Source of the DNA: Candidatus Poseidoniia archaeon
GTDB taxonomy: Archaea; Thermoplasmatota; Poseidoniia; MGIII; CG-Epi1
Assembly: GCA_022449705.1 (NCBI GenBank)
Contig: JAKURS010000002.1
Coordinates: 1-34,357, forward strand
Direction: 5' to 3'
Length of the DNA stretch: 34,357 nt
The notes under the pieces are model-generated. The model was not told where the DNA came from. It did no database searches and saw nothing but the letters and a program-made list of their open reading frames with translations. The first letter of the stretch is position 1. Each line of letters starts with the position of its first letter. Shown in pieces: positions 26,685-34,353 of this stretch. Both the position numbers and the translations under genes were made by a program.

Positions 26685-29600
26685 GAGCGGTCCTCCAGCC
26701 GCAGCTTGGCAGCGATTCCGAGTGACTTCAGCTCCTCGAGCAGCAGTTTGAAGGCGTACGACATGTCGACCGGATAGATGGCGGTGTTGTCCCCCATCGG
26801 TGAGGTGAGCACCCCGCGCCGGTCCTTGTACGCCAGATGGCCCGAGCGCCCGTCGACGAACTGGGTGGTCTTGTCGCTCTCGTCAAGCAGCCGGTCCTTG
26901 ATGACCATCGCGGCACCATGGCCGATGAGGCAGTCGCGCTCCATTTCGCCGAACCGCAGGCCACCCATACGGGCACGCCCTTCGGTCGGCTGGCGCGTCA
27001 GCAGCTGCATCGGCCCGCGACTGCGCGCGTGCATCTTGCCGCTGACCATATGGTGCAGTTTCAGGTAGTAGATGACACCGATGAAGATATCAGCGTCGAT
27101 GCGACGGCCAGTCTGCCCGTCGTAGAGCGACTCGCGGCCGGAGTGCTTGAAGCCGCAGCCGGCCAGCTCGCCACGCAGGTCGTATTCCTTCTCGCCTGAG
27201 AAGGCACTGCCGTCGATGAATCGCCCGGTCATGGCGCCCACCTTGCCGCCGACCATCTCCAGCACGTGTGCGATGGTCATGCGGCTCGGGATGGCGTGCG
27301 GATTGATAATCAGGTCCGGGACGACGCCAGTGGCGGTGAAGGGCATCCCCTCCGGGGGGACGATGTGGCCAATGACCCCTTTCTGGCCGTGCCGGCTGGC
27401 GAACTTGTCGCCCAGCTCGGGGATGCGCTGGTCGCGAACACGGATGCGCGCGATGCGCGACCCGTTTTCGGTCTCGGAAAGCATTACCGAGTCAACGGTG
27501 CCTTTCTCACCGTGGCGCACTGTCAGCGACGACTCGCGTACACGTTGCGGTGTCATGAAGTCGGTCGGCTCGGAAAGGAAGCGGGGCGGGCTGGTCTTGC
27601 CGATGAGCACCTCGCGGCCGTGTAGCTCCACTTCGGGGTAAATCAGTCCGTCTTCCTCCAGGTTGAAGTACGCCTCCTCGGAGCGCGCGCCGCGCACTTC
27701 CGGGTCGGGAATGAGAAAGCGGTCTTCCTGTCCGCCGGGGTAGCGCCGCTCCTCGGAAATGTAGGAGCGCATGAAGCTGGAACGGCCGAGGCCGCGGTCA
27801 ATCGAGCCGCGGTTGAAGATGAGCGCGTCCTCCATGTTGTAACCGTGGTAGCTCATTATCGCCACGACCATGTTCTGACCCGCGGGACGCGTGAGTAGGG
27901 TGTTATGTTTCATCGCCTCGGTCTGCACCATTGGCTTCTGGGAATAGTGCAGCAGGTGGCCGCGCGTGTCGGGCCGCAGCCGGTAGTTGGACTGCCCCAT
28001 GCCGAGCGACTGCTTTGACATGCCGGCGCCCATCGTGCAGCGCGGTGAGGAGTTGTACTCCGGGAAGGGGACGTTAGAGGTAGCGACGCCCAGAATGACC
28101 ATCGGGTCAACCTCCATGTGGGTGTAGGCGTGCGTTTTCCGGTTGCGTTTCAGATCTTCCTCGTTAAGCGCGATGAGGCAATCCTCCTCCTCTTCGGCGT
28201 CGATGTACTCGACCAGCCCCATGTCGAGCAGGTCATTCCAGACCAGTTTCCCCGCCTCGAGGCGGTCGAGGTGCTTTTGTCCGAGCGCCAGTTTATTGTT
28301 GCGGTGAATCAGCAGCAGCGGCCGCCGGATACGCCCCGGATCGCTGTTGACCAGCACGTCGTTGAGCGACTCGTCATGCCGTACGTTGACCGTGTGGCTC
28401 AGGCGTGCCTGTCTCCGCAGCCCCCTCAGCCTTTCGACTAGGTTGCGTGGTTTAGGCGTGCAGCCCGCTAGGTCGCCATTGAAGTAGACCTTGCCCCACC
28501 CCTCCTGCAGGTTCTCGAGCGGCTGCATGTCCAGCTCACGTAGCGTTTCAAGCACCTCGCCGAGGGGGATGTTTTCCGAAACGTCAATCATCAGCGCTAG
28601 GTTCTTCACCAGCCCGCAGTTCTGTCCCTCCGGCGTTTCGTTAGGGCAGAGTCGCCCGAACTGGGTCGAGTGCAGGTCGCGTGCTTGGAAGTGGGGCTGG
28701 CTGCGCGTCAGTGGCGAGATGACCCGCCGCAAGTGGCTCAGCGTTGCCATGTTGCAGGTACGGTCGAGCAGCTGCGACACACCGGCGCGGCCGCCAATCC
28801 AGTTACCAGTCGCCATGGCGTGCATGATTTTGTTGGTCAGGACGTCGCGCCGGATAGCGTTCTTGACCCGCTTTTCCTTGCGCTTGGTGTAGGAGCGCTC
28901 CATCTGGTATTTCATGTCGTTGAGCAGTGCCTGCAGACCGGCGCGGAACAATTCCTCCATCAGGTTACCCGCCAGTTTGAGCCGCTTGTTGGCGTAGTGG
29001 TCCTTGTCATCCGGCTGTCGCGTCCCGATATGCAGTTCCAGTACCTCGCGCGCCATGCGCCCCAGGAAGAGCGCCTTCTTGTACCGCACCTCCAGGCTGG
29101 TTGAGAGGTGTGGCAGCAGGGTATTGTCGAGGATGTAGTTGATGCGTTTGCGCCGGTACTCCTTGGACTGCCCGGCTGCAAAGCGTCGCTCCAGGTATTC
29201 CAGAGCTTCCTCGGTGGTGTAGACCTGCTCTTCGCGGTGGATGCCCTCTATGTTGGCCAGGACAAGGTTTCGAGTCGCCTCTTCATTGGTGATGGCGCTC
29301 ATGATATCGTCAGCAGATTCCATTCCCAGCGCCATCATCAGCACCACCAGCGGAACACCTCCCGAGGCGACGGGGATGGAAACGTGCAGGATGCCATCCT
29401 TTTTTTTCTCGACCATGGTCAGCGCGCGGAACCCTTCACGCTGCGAGAACACCTTGGCGAACTCGGTCTGCCGCTGGTACCGTGCTTCGCGCTCGACCAT
29501 CACCCGGTTGGGTGCCAGGTCTTCGAGGCATACGAGCACCCGTTCGGTGCCGTTGATAACGAAGTAGCCGCCCGGGTCTTCCGGGTCCTCCTTCTCCAGT

Positions 29601-30154
29601 TGCAGGATAGCGGTGTACTCATCATCGGTAAAGCCCCCATTGGGCCCCAGCCGCTCTTCGTACTTGGTGTGCAGGTATTCGCTCTCCCGCTGCAGGTTGC
29701 AGCGCATTGACTTGACCTGCACCGGCATCATCCCAATTTCCTCCTCCCCTCCCTCGATTTCGAGATCTTCCTCGATAACGCTGAACTCCAGGAAGATAGG
29801 TGCAGCGTAGGTGAGGTTGCGCAGCCGTGCCATCATCGGCGTTGACATCGACTGCGAGCCGTTAGCCTCGACCACCATCGGCTGCCCCATGCGTACCTTG
29901 CCAAGCTTCACAATCACGTCCAGGTCGCCTAGCTCGAGCCGGATCGAGCCGCGCATGCTCTCGTCTGCGCCGACGGTAATGTTGTTGATAACGCGTTGCA
30001 TCCAAGGCGCGCGATTGCCTTTGTGCGGCAGGAAATCATTGAACGAGCCCAGCTGGTGGTTCACCAGTGCCGCGCTCGAACCTGCCGTGCTCTTGCTCTG
30101 GAAGAAAGCCTTGATAAGCGGGTGGGACTCACTCTGCCCCCGCGTCTGTGTCAT
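26681..30154 (-). CDS. rpoB: DNA-directed RNA polymerase subunit B (unsplit)
   Basis: 1157 aa. Motifs: PNETPEGQNCGLVKNLA, GDKFASRHGQKGV, LHHMVSGKMHARSRGPMQLLTRQPTEGRARMGGLRFGEMERDCLIGHGAA. It is a single ORF rather than the B'/B'' pair seen in methanogens and haloarchaea. The start overlaps the rpoH stop (ATGA). Confidence 0.97.
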   Translation of the reverse strand: MTQTRGQSESHPLIKAFFQSKSTAGSSAALVNHQLGSFNDFLPHKGNRAPWMQRVINNITVGADESMRGSIRLELGDLDVIVKLGKVRMGQPMVVEANGSQSMSTPMMARLRNLTYAAPIFLEFSVIEEDLEIEGGEEEIGMMPVQVKSMRCNLQRESEYLHTKYEERLGPNGGFTDDEYTAILQLEKEDPEDPGGYFVINGTERVLVCLEDLAPNRVMVEREARYQRQTEFAKVFSQREGFRALTMVEKKKDGILHVSIPVASGGVPLVVLMMALGMESADDIMSAITNEEATRNLVLANIEGIHREEQVYTTEEALEYLERRFAAGQSKEYRRKRINYILDNTLLPHLSTSLEVRYKKALFLGRMAREVLELHIGTRQPDDKDHYANKRLKLAGNLMEELFRAGLQALLNDMKYQMERSYTKRKEKRVKNAIRRDVLTNKIMHAMATGNWIGGRAGVSQLLDRTCNMATLSHLRRVISPLTRSQPHFQARDLHSTQFGRLCPNETPEGQNCGLVKNLALMIDVSENIPLGEVLETLRELDMQPLENLQEGWGKVYFNGDLAGCTPKPRNLVERLRGLRRQARLSHTVNVRHDESLNDVLVNSDPGRIRRPLLLIHRNNKLALGQKHLDRLEAGKLVWNDLLDMGLVEYIDAEEEEDCLIALNEEDLKRNRKTHAYTHMEVDPMVILGVATSNVPFPEYNSSPRCTMGAGMSKQSLGMGQSNYRLRPDTRGHLLHYSQKPMVQTEAMKHNTLLTRPAGQNMVVAIMSYHGYNMEDALIFNRGSIDRGLGRSSFMRSYISEERRYPGGQEDRFLIPDPEVRGARSEEAYFNLEEDGLIYPEVELHGREVLIGKTSPPRFLSEPTDFMTPQRVRESSLTVRHGEKGTVDSVMLSETENGSRIARIRVRDQRIPELGDKFASRHGQKGVIGHIVPPEGMPFTATGVVPDLIINPHAIPSRMTIAHVLEMVGGKVGAMTGRFIDGSAFSGEKEYDLRGELAGCGFKHSGRESLYDGQTGRRIDADIFIGVIYYLKLHHMVSGKMHARSRGPMQLLTRQPTEGRARMGGLRFGEMERDCLIGHGAAMVIKDRLLDESDKTTQFVDGRSGHLAYKDRRGVLTSPMGDNTAIYPVDMSYAFKLLLEELKSLGIAAKLRLEDRS

Positions 30155-30381
30155 TCCACCACCCTGCGGTACGCCAGGTTTACCCCGGCTCGCCCGCTGA
30201 CTCGCTCGATTTCGATGATATCGCCCGTGGCGATTTCCTCGCTCAGTGCCTGTACTGCCGGGTCGGTTATCATGATTTTGGGCAGCTGCTCGGCCTCTAT
30301 GTTCAACACCGCCAGCTTGCCAGCCGCCTCTCTTGGCTCCAGCCGTCGGTGCCTAGGCACCAGCTTATGAAGCCACAGCAA
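30151..30381 (-). CDS. rpoH: DNA-directed RNA polymerase subunit H (Rpb5-like)
   Basis: 76 aa. HKLVPRHRRLEPREAAGKLAVLNIEAEQLPKIMITDPAVQAL...GDIIEIERVSGRAGVNLAYRRVV fits the RpoH consensus (H.LVP.H ... QLPKI..DP ... GD...I.R.S.TAG....YR.V). TTG is the only start upstream of the conserved HKLVP. Confidence 0.88.
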   Translation of the reverse strand: MLWLHKLVPRHRRLEPREAAGKLAVLNIEAEQLPKIMITDPAVQALSEEIATGDIIEIERVSGRAGVNLAYRRVVE

Positions 30382-30435
30382 TTCATCTCCCAGACCGCTT
30401 CACCTTCCTCACCGCGCTTGCTCGCCAACTACCGG

Positions 30436-30509
30436 CGGGCCTGAAGGGATTCGAACCCTTGACCGTCCGGTTAAAAGCCGGACGCTCTACCTGGCTAAGC
30501 TACAGGCCC
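30436..30509 (-). tRNA. tRNA-Lys (anticodon UUU)
   Basis: The minus strand reads GGGCCUG UA GCUU AGCCAGGUA GAGC G UCCGG CUUUUAA CCGGA CGGUC AAGGG UUCGAAU CCCUU CAGGCCC G. This is a full cloverleaf with a 7-bp acceptor stem, a T-loop UUCGAAU and the anticodon loop C-U-UUU-A-A. CCA is not encoded (the following bases are CCG). Confidence 0.9.
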
Positions 30510-30662
30510 TTCTACGCGCCGCCGACACCCTGGGAGCGGGTCGCCAAACTAGGGGGCTATTTAAGAATTGCCAGTTTTTACCCGCCTGACGGGTCTTTCC
30601 ACGACAGCGGGAGCCCTTTTGTCACTCCTGAAACAGCGCCCGCGAGGGTTTCGCAGCCACCA

Positions 30663-30670
30663 TTATAAAA
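30663..30670 (+). promoter_or_regulatory. TATA box (TTATAAAA) for glpX
   Basis: Centred about 24 nt upstream of the ATG at 30690. It sits only 5-12 nt before the track's GTG at 30675, which argues against that start. Confidence 0.4.
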
Positions 30671-30689
30671 CCGTGTGCAATCGCGGCGC

Positions 30690-31643
30690 ATGGGGCCCGT
30701 GGCAGAGCTGGCGCCGGAGTTCCTGCGCGCCACTGAGGCAGCTGCTATCGCCGCTGGACACATGCGCGGTTGCGGTGACAACAAGGCGGCTGACGCCGCC
30801 GCGGTGGCTGCGATGCGTGCCGTCTTCAATACGATTGCCTTCGATGGCCGCGTCGCGATTGGCGAGGGCGAGCGCGACGAGGCGCCAATGCTCTGGATTG
30901 GTGAGCCGCTCGGCTCACGTCAGGATGACCCAGAGGCGGTGGCGGTCGATATCGCGGTTGACCCGCTCGAGTGCACCAACAACTGCGCTCGCAATGAACC
31001 CGACGCACTGGCGGTAATGGCGGCGGCGCCGCGCGGTGCGCTGTTGCACGCGCCCGACTGCTACATGAACAAGATTGCAGGCCCGCCGGAGCTGGCCGGT
31101 CACGTCAGTCTCGATGCGCCTGTTGCTGACAATTTGGCTGCAGCGGCGGATGTGCTGGGGAAGCCATTATCCGAGGTCCGGGTCATCGTCCTGAAGCGAC
31201 CGCGCCATGAGCGGCTGATTACCGAAATCCGTGCGGCCGGCGCGCGACTGTGGCTGATTGGCGACGGTGACATCGCGGGTGCGCTGCGCGCTGCGACCGG
31301 CGAAGCCGACCTGCTGATGGGCATTGGCGCCGCGCCCGAGGGGGTTTTCGCTGCCACCGCGCTGCGCGGCATCGGCGGTGTCTTCGAGGGGCGACTCCAT
31401 TTCCACGAGCCGGAGTTCAGGGCACGCGCGGTCGAGATGCTGGGTGACGACGTCGACCGGCTCTGGCAGCGCGATGAGCTCTGCACGTCGGACGACGCGG
31501 TTTTTGTCGCTACCGGTGTCTGCGACGGCTGGTTGCCCGGGCCCAGGGCCGGGGAAGGCGGGACAGTTACGACCAGCCGCGTTATCTTCGTCGCTGACAG
31601 CCGTGACGAAGTAATCCGGCACGAGCACGCGCCAGTCTCTTAA
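30690..31643 (+). CDS. glpX: fructose-1,6-bisphosphatase, class II (GlpX type)
   Basis: LRATEAAAIAAGHMRGCGDNKAADAAAVAAMRAVFNTIAFDGRVAIGEGERDEAPMLWIGEPLG matches the GlpX N-terminal consensus (RGDK..AD.AAV.AMR ... GEGE.DEAPML). I place the start at the ATG at 30690 (MGPVAEL...). Confidence 0.9.
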   Translation: MGPVAELAPEFLRATEAAAIAAGHMRGCGDNKAADAAAVAAMRAVFNTIAFDGRVAIGEGERDEAPMLWIGEPLGSRQDDPEAVAVDIAVDPLECTNNCARNEPDALAVMAAAPRGALLHAPDCYMNKIAGPPELAGHVSLDAPVADNLAAAADVLGKPLSEVRVIVLKRPRHERLITEIRAAGARLWLIGDGDIAGALRAATGEADLLMGIGAAPEGVFAATALRGIGGVFEGRLHFHEPEFRARAVEMLGDDVDRLWQRDELCTSDDAVFVATGVCDGWLPGPRAGEGGTVTTSRVIFVADSRDEVIRHEHAPVS

Positions 31644-31664
31644 GCCGCGCGAGCCTCGGGGCAC

Positions 31665-32684
31665 ATGGACAGGGTGGCACTCGAAGCGACGGCCCACGCA
31701 CTGGCGGCACCGGGCAAGGGCATCCTGGCGGCGGATGAGTCGACCCCCACGATGGGCAAGCGCCTTTTGCAGGTGGGGATGCCGAACGAGGAGCGGCTGC
31801 GGCGCGAGTTCCGCGAGACGCTCTTCACCGCGCCGGGAATGGAGGAATTTATTTCCGGCGTCATCCTGTTCGACGAAACGCTACGGCAGTCAGCCAGCGA
31901 CGGCCGCGGCATGGCTGAAATCCTGCAGTCGACAGGAGTAATCCCCGGCATCAAGGTCGACGGCGGTGCGCACCCGATGGACGGCGCGCCGGACGAGAAG
32001 CTGACCGCCGGTCTGGACGGGCTGGCAGAGCGATGCGCCGAGTACTACGCACTGGGCGCTCGCTTCGACAAGTGGCGCGCCGTGATTACCATTGGCGATA
32101 CCTTGCCGAGCGCGGCATGCGTGCAGGCCAATGCTGACGCGCTGGCTGACTACGCCCGCATCTCGCAGGACGCCGGGCTGGTGCCGATTGTCGAACCAGA
32201 GGTGATGATGGACGGCAACCATTCCATTGGCCGCTGCTACAAAGTTACGGAATGGACGCTCAACACAGTCTACGCGGCGCTCGCGGACCGCGGAGTGCAC
32301 CTGCCGGGCACTCTTCTGAAACCGAACATGGTCATCTCCGCCAACGATGCCGATGACCGCGTCGGCGTCGAAGAGGTCGCACGTAAGACGCTGCGCTGCC
32401 TCAAGGCAACCGTCCCGGCCGAGGTGCCGGGCGTCATGTTCCTCTCCGGTGGCCAGTCGGAGCAGGAGGCGACGGCGCACCTGAATGCGATGAACGCCAT
32501 AGGCGGCGGGCCGTGGGAGCTCTCGTTCTCGTACGGCCGCGCGCTGCAGCAGTCGGCGCTCTACGCGTGGGGCGGTGATTCAGCCAACTGTACAGTGGCA
32601 CAGGCGGCGTTCCTGCATCGCGCACGGCTCAATGGCGCCGCGCGTTACGGCCGCTACGCGACGGAGATGGAAGCGGAGGCCTGA
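31665..32684 (+). CDS. fba: fructose-bisphosphate aldolase, class I (glycolytic/Schiff-base type)
   Basis: LAAPGKGILAADESTPTMGKRL, and GTLLKPNMV containing the Schiff-base lysine, are diagnostic of the class I aldolase family. The protein is 339 aa. Confidence 0.92.
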   Translation: MDRVALEATAHALAAPGKGILAADESTPTMGKRLLQVGMPNEERLRREFRETLFTAPGMEEFISGVILFDETLRQSASDGRGMAEILQSTGVIPGIKVDGGAHPMDGAPDEKLTAGLDGLAERCAEYYALGARFDKWRAVITIGDTLPSAACVQANADALADYARISQDAGLVPIVEPEVMMDGNHSIGRCYKVTEWTLNTVYAALADRGVHLPGTLLKPNMVISANDADDRVGVEEVARKTLRCLKATVPAEVPGVMFLSGGQSEQEATAHLNAMNAIGGGPWELSFSYGRALQQSALYAWGGDSANCTVAQAAFLHRARLNGAARYGRYATEMEAEA

Positions 32685-33032
32685 ATGGACGAATCGGTAA
32701 GGAAGGGGCTGTTGGTAACCGGCGTCCTAATCCTGCTCTACAATGGTGTTGTATTTCTCCAGCTCGAGCGCGGAGAGCGTTGTTACTATGGTATTCTTGA
32801 GGAGATGCAGACAGGCGATAACTCCAGCATAAAATCGGGTGTTGATCTGCTTCAGAGATACCGGGATTGCGGGTTAGTGGAAAGTGATAATGACCAGATA
32901 GCTATTCAGGAAGATTTGAGTGTATGGACGCACCATGAAGTTGCCAAGGAACAACGAAAGGCCGTTAACTTGGTGATAGTTGGCGTGGGCCTAATTTCAG
33001 TCTGGTATTTCTCCAGACTGGAAGAAAGTTAG
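32685..33032 (+). CDS. hypothetical small membrane protein (two predicted TM helices), no recognisable family
   Basis: 115 aa. Hydrophobic helices sit at both ends (GLLVTGVLILLYNGVVFL and VNLVIVGVGLISVWYF) around a polar core. The ATG directly follows the fba TGA. Composition is noticeably AT-richer than the neighbours. Confidence 0.5.
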   Translation: MDESVRKGLLVTGVLILLYNGVVFLQLERGERCYYGILEEMQTGDNSSIKSGVDLLQRYRDCGLVESDNDQIAIQEDLSVWTHHEVAKEQRKAVNLVIVGVGLISVWYFSRLEES

Positions 33033-33042
33033 CGAATCAACT

Positions 33043-33135
33043 TCAGCGAGGCAGGTGAGAGCAACAACAGTCGCCGTCACACCACTTGACACGGACACCC
33101 TGCTCGATTTCGCAGTCGCACTCGGAACAGTGCAT
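33043..33135 (-). CDS. candidate 30-aa Cys-rich micro-protein (possible metal-binding peptide)
   Basis: Below the ORF-track size cutoff. My translation is MHCSECDCEIEQGVRVKWCDGDCCCSHLPR followed by TGA (7 Cys and 2 His in 30 aa). It lies 25 nt downstream of the CDF transporter stop on the same strand. Confidence 0.3.
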   Translation of the reverse strand: MHCSECDCEIEQGVRVKWCDGDCCCSHLPR

Positions 33136-33160
33136 GGACTGCTTGCGATGGGGATGGTGA

Positions 33161-33946
33161 TTAAGCTTGTTCCAGCCCGAGCAGCTCCCGACTGGAATCG
33201 CTCATCAAGCCGAGCGCCCAGCGCGCAATCACAACTCCACCAACGATGCCGACCAGCGGGTCAAGGAATACCAGCGCACCGCCGACCACCATTCCCAGCA
33301 ACAGCGCCAGGATAACGAAAACCGAGATGAGCGCATCGGCGAGCACGTGCAGGTAGGCGCCGCGCAGGTTCAGGTCGGCGATATCCTGCGAACTGGCAAA
33401 GAGCCGTTCAATGCGGGAGAGGATGAACTCGAAATCCTCGGCGTAGGATTGTACCAGCCGGTTCCATTGGCCGTAGTCGCGCAGCGCGTGTTCATGCGCG
33501 TGTGTGTGTCCCTGCTTGCCATGTCCCTGCCCTAGAATCCAGGCACACCATCCGTTGACGAACAGCCCGATGACGGCGACCGGCAGCGCCTGCCCGTAGT
33601 TGATTGCAGGCTGGTCGACAAGGTGGCGGAACGCCTCGTAGCCGATGTAGAGTGCGACGATGCCGAGCACGATGGCGCTCGCGAAGCCACCCAGCGCATT
33701 AGCGCGGCTCGCCTGCGCGCTGCCTTCCTCGATGCTGGGGTGCGCGCGCGTAAAATGGTAGGCGTAGAGCGTGATTCCCAGCGCAGCCGCGTGCGTGCCC
33801 ATGTGCCAGCCGTCAGCGAGCAGTGCCACCGATTTCGTGAACAGGCCGGTGGCGATTTCGACCACCATCATCACCAGTGTGATGGCGACGACGATCTGCG
33901 TGCGCCGCTCGCCGTCCTGCGCTATTACCTGCGGGTCGTCGTGCAT
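33161..33946 (-). CDS. cation diffusion facilitator (CDF) family divalent metal efflux transporter
   Basis: 261 aa. TM2 motif SVALLADGWHMGTHAAAL, TM5 motif AYLHVLADALISV, and the His-rich cytoplasmic loop GQGHGKQGHTHAHEHA. This is the CzcD/ZitB-like membrane domain. The protein appears short at the C-terminus. Confidence 0.88.
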   Translation of the reverse strand: MHDDPQVIAQDGERRTQIVVAITLVMMVVEIATGLFTKSVALLADGWHMGTHAAALGITLYAYHFTRAHPSIEEGSAQASRANALGGFASAIVLGIVALYIGYEAFRHLVDQPAINYGQALPVAVIGLFVNGWCAWILGQGHGKQGHTHAHEHALRDYGQWNRLVQSYAEDFEFILSRIERLFASSQDIADLNLRGAYLHVLADALISVFVILALLLGMVVGGALVFLDPLVGIVGGVVIARWALGLMSDSSRELLGLEQA

Positions 33947-34002
33947 CGCGGGGCGGCACCCTGCGGCGGCTATAACGCTAGTGTCAGCGAGCCGCGCCGC
34001 GG

Positions 34003-34320
34003 TCAGGACTGTCCTTCCAGGAAGCCGCGGATGCGGTCCTCCAGCTCCGGCTGCCCGACAGGTGGGCTGACGCCCATACGCCGCAGCCGCCCCGCCATCT
34101 CCGCGCTGGTGACGGAATAGATAACCCGCCGCCCGTCGCGCCGCCGCCGCAGGATGCCCGCTTCGACCAGCAGCTGCAGGTGGCGCGATACCGTCGTGCG
34201 GTCACGCCCTGCGACGGCTGCCAGCCGCCCCGCTTCTTGCTCGCCCTCGAGTAGCGCACCGATAATGCGCAGCCGCCGCTCGTCGCCCAGGGCCTTGAAG
34301 AATCGTGCCAGCCCAGCCAT
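34003..34320 (-). CDS. ArsR/SmtB-family transcriptional regulator
   Basis: 105 aa. FKALGDERRLRIIGALLEGEQEAGRLAAVAGRDRTTVSRHLQLLVEAGILRRRRDGRRVIY is the ArsR winged helix-turn-helix. It lies directly upstream of the CDF gene. Confidence 0.9.
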   Translation of the reverse strand: MAGLARFFKALGDERRLRIIGALLEGEQEAGRLAAVAGRDRTTVSRHLQLLVEAGILRRRRDGRRVIYSVTSAEMAGRLRRMGVSPPVGQPELEDRIRGFLEGQS

Positions 34321-34353
34321 ATACTTGTATAAGTGTGCAAATATAAAAGTATA
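34320..34353 (-). promoter_or_regulatory. arsR promoter: TATA-like box (minus strand ACTTTTATAT, 34341-34350) bracketed by a 7-bp inverted repeat TATACTT (34320-34326) / AAGTATA (34347-34353); candidate autoregulatory operator
   Basis: The perfect inverted repeat has a 20-nt spacer and spans from the start codon to the TATA box. The box centre is about 25 nt upstream of the ATG at 34320. The window ends at 34357, so the upstream context is missing. Confidence 0.35.

Noticed and set aside
21767-30370. Many ORFs of 60-313 aa on the plus strand (for example 25017-25958, 28670-29104, 29108-29710), and off-frame minus-strand ORFs, across the RNAP genes
   Set aside because: They lie antisense to or out of frame with rpoA2, rpoA1, rpoB and rpoH. 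All four are unambiguously identified by universal RNAP motifs.
30675-30689. GTG at 30675 as the glpX start (the track ORF)
   Set aside because: The TTATAAAA box at 30663-30670 would sit only about 5 nt upstream of it. The ATG at 30690 has the expected spacing of about 24 nt, and the conserved GlpX N-terminus starts after it.
31167-32480. Minus-strand ORFs 31167-31697 (176 aa) and 31890-32480 (196 aa)
   Set aside because: They are antisense to glpX and fba, which have diagnostic motifs. Their products are Arg-rich.
33055-33535. Plus-strand ORFs 33055-33315 and 33167-33535
   Set aside because: They are antisense to the Cys-rich micro-ORF and to the CDF transporter. No motifs are present. The CDF frame carries the HxxxD-type TM motifs and the His-rich loop.
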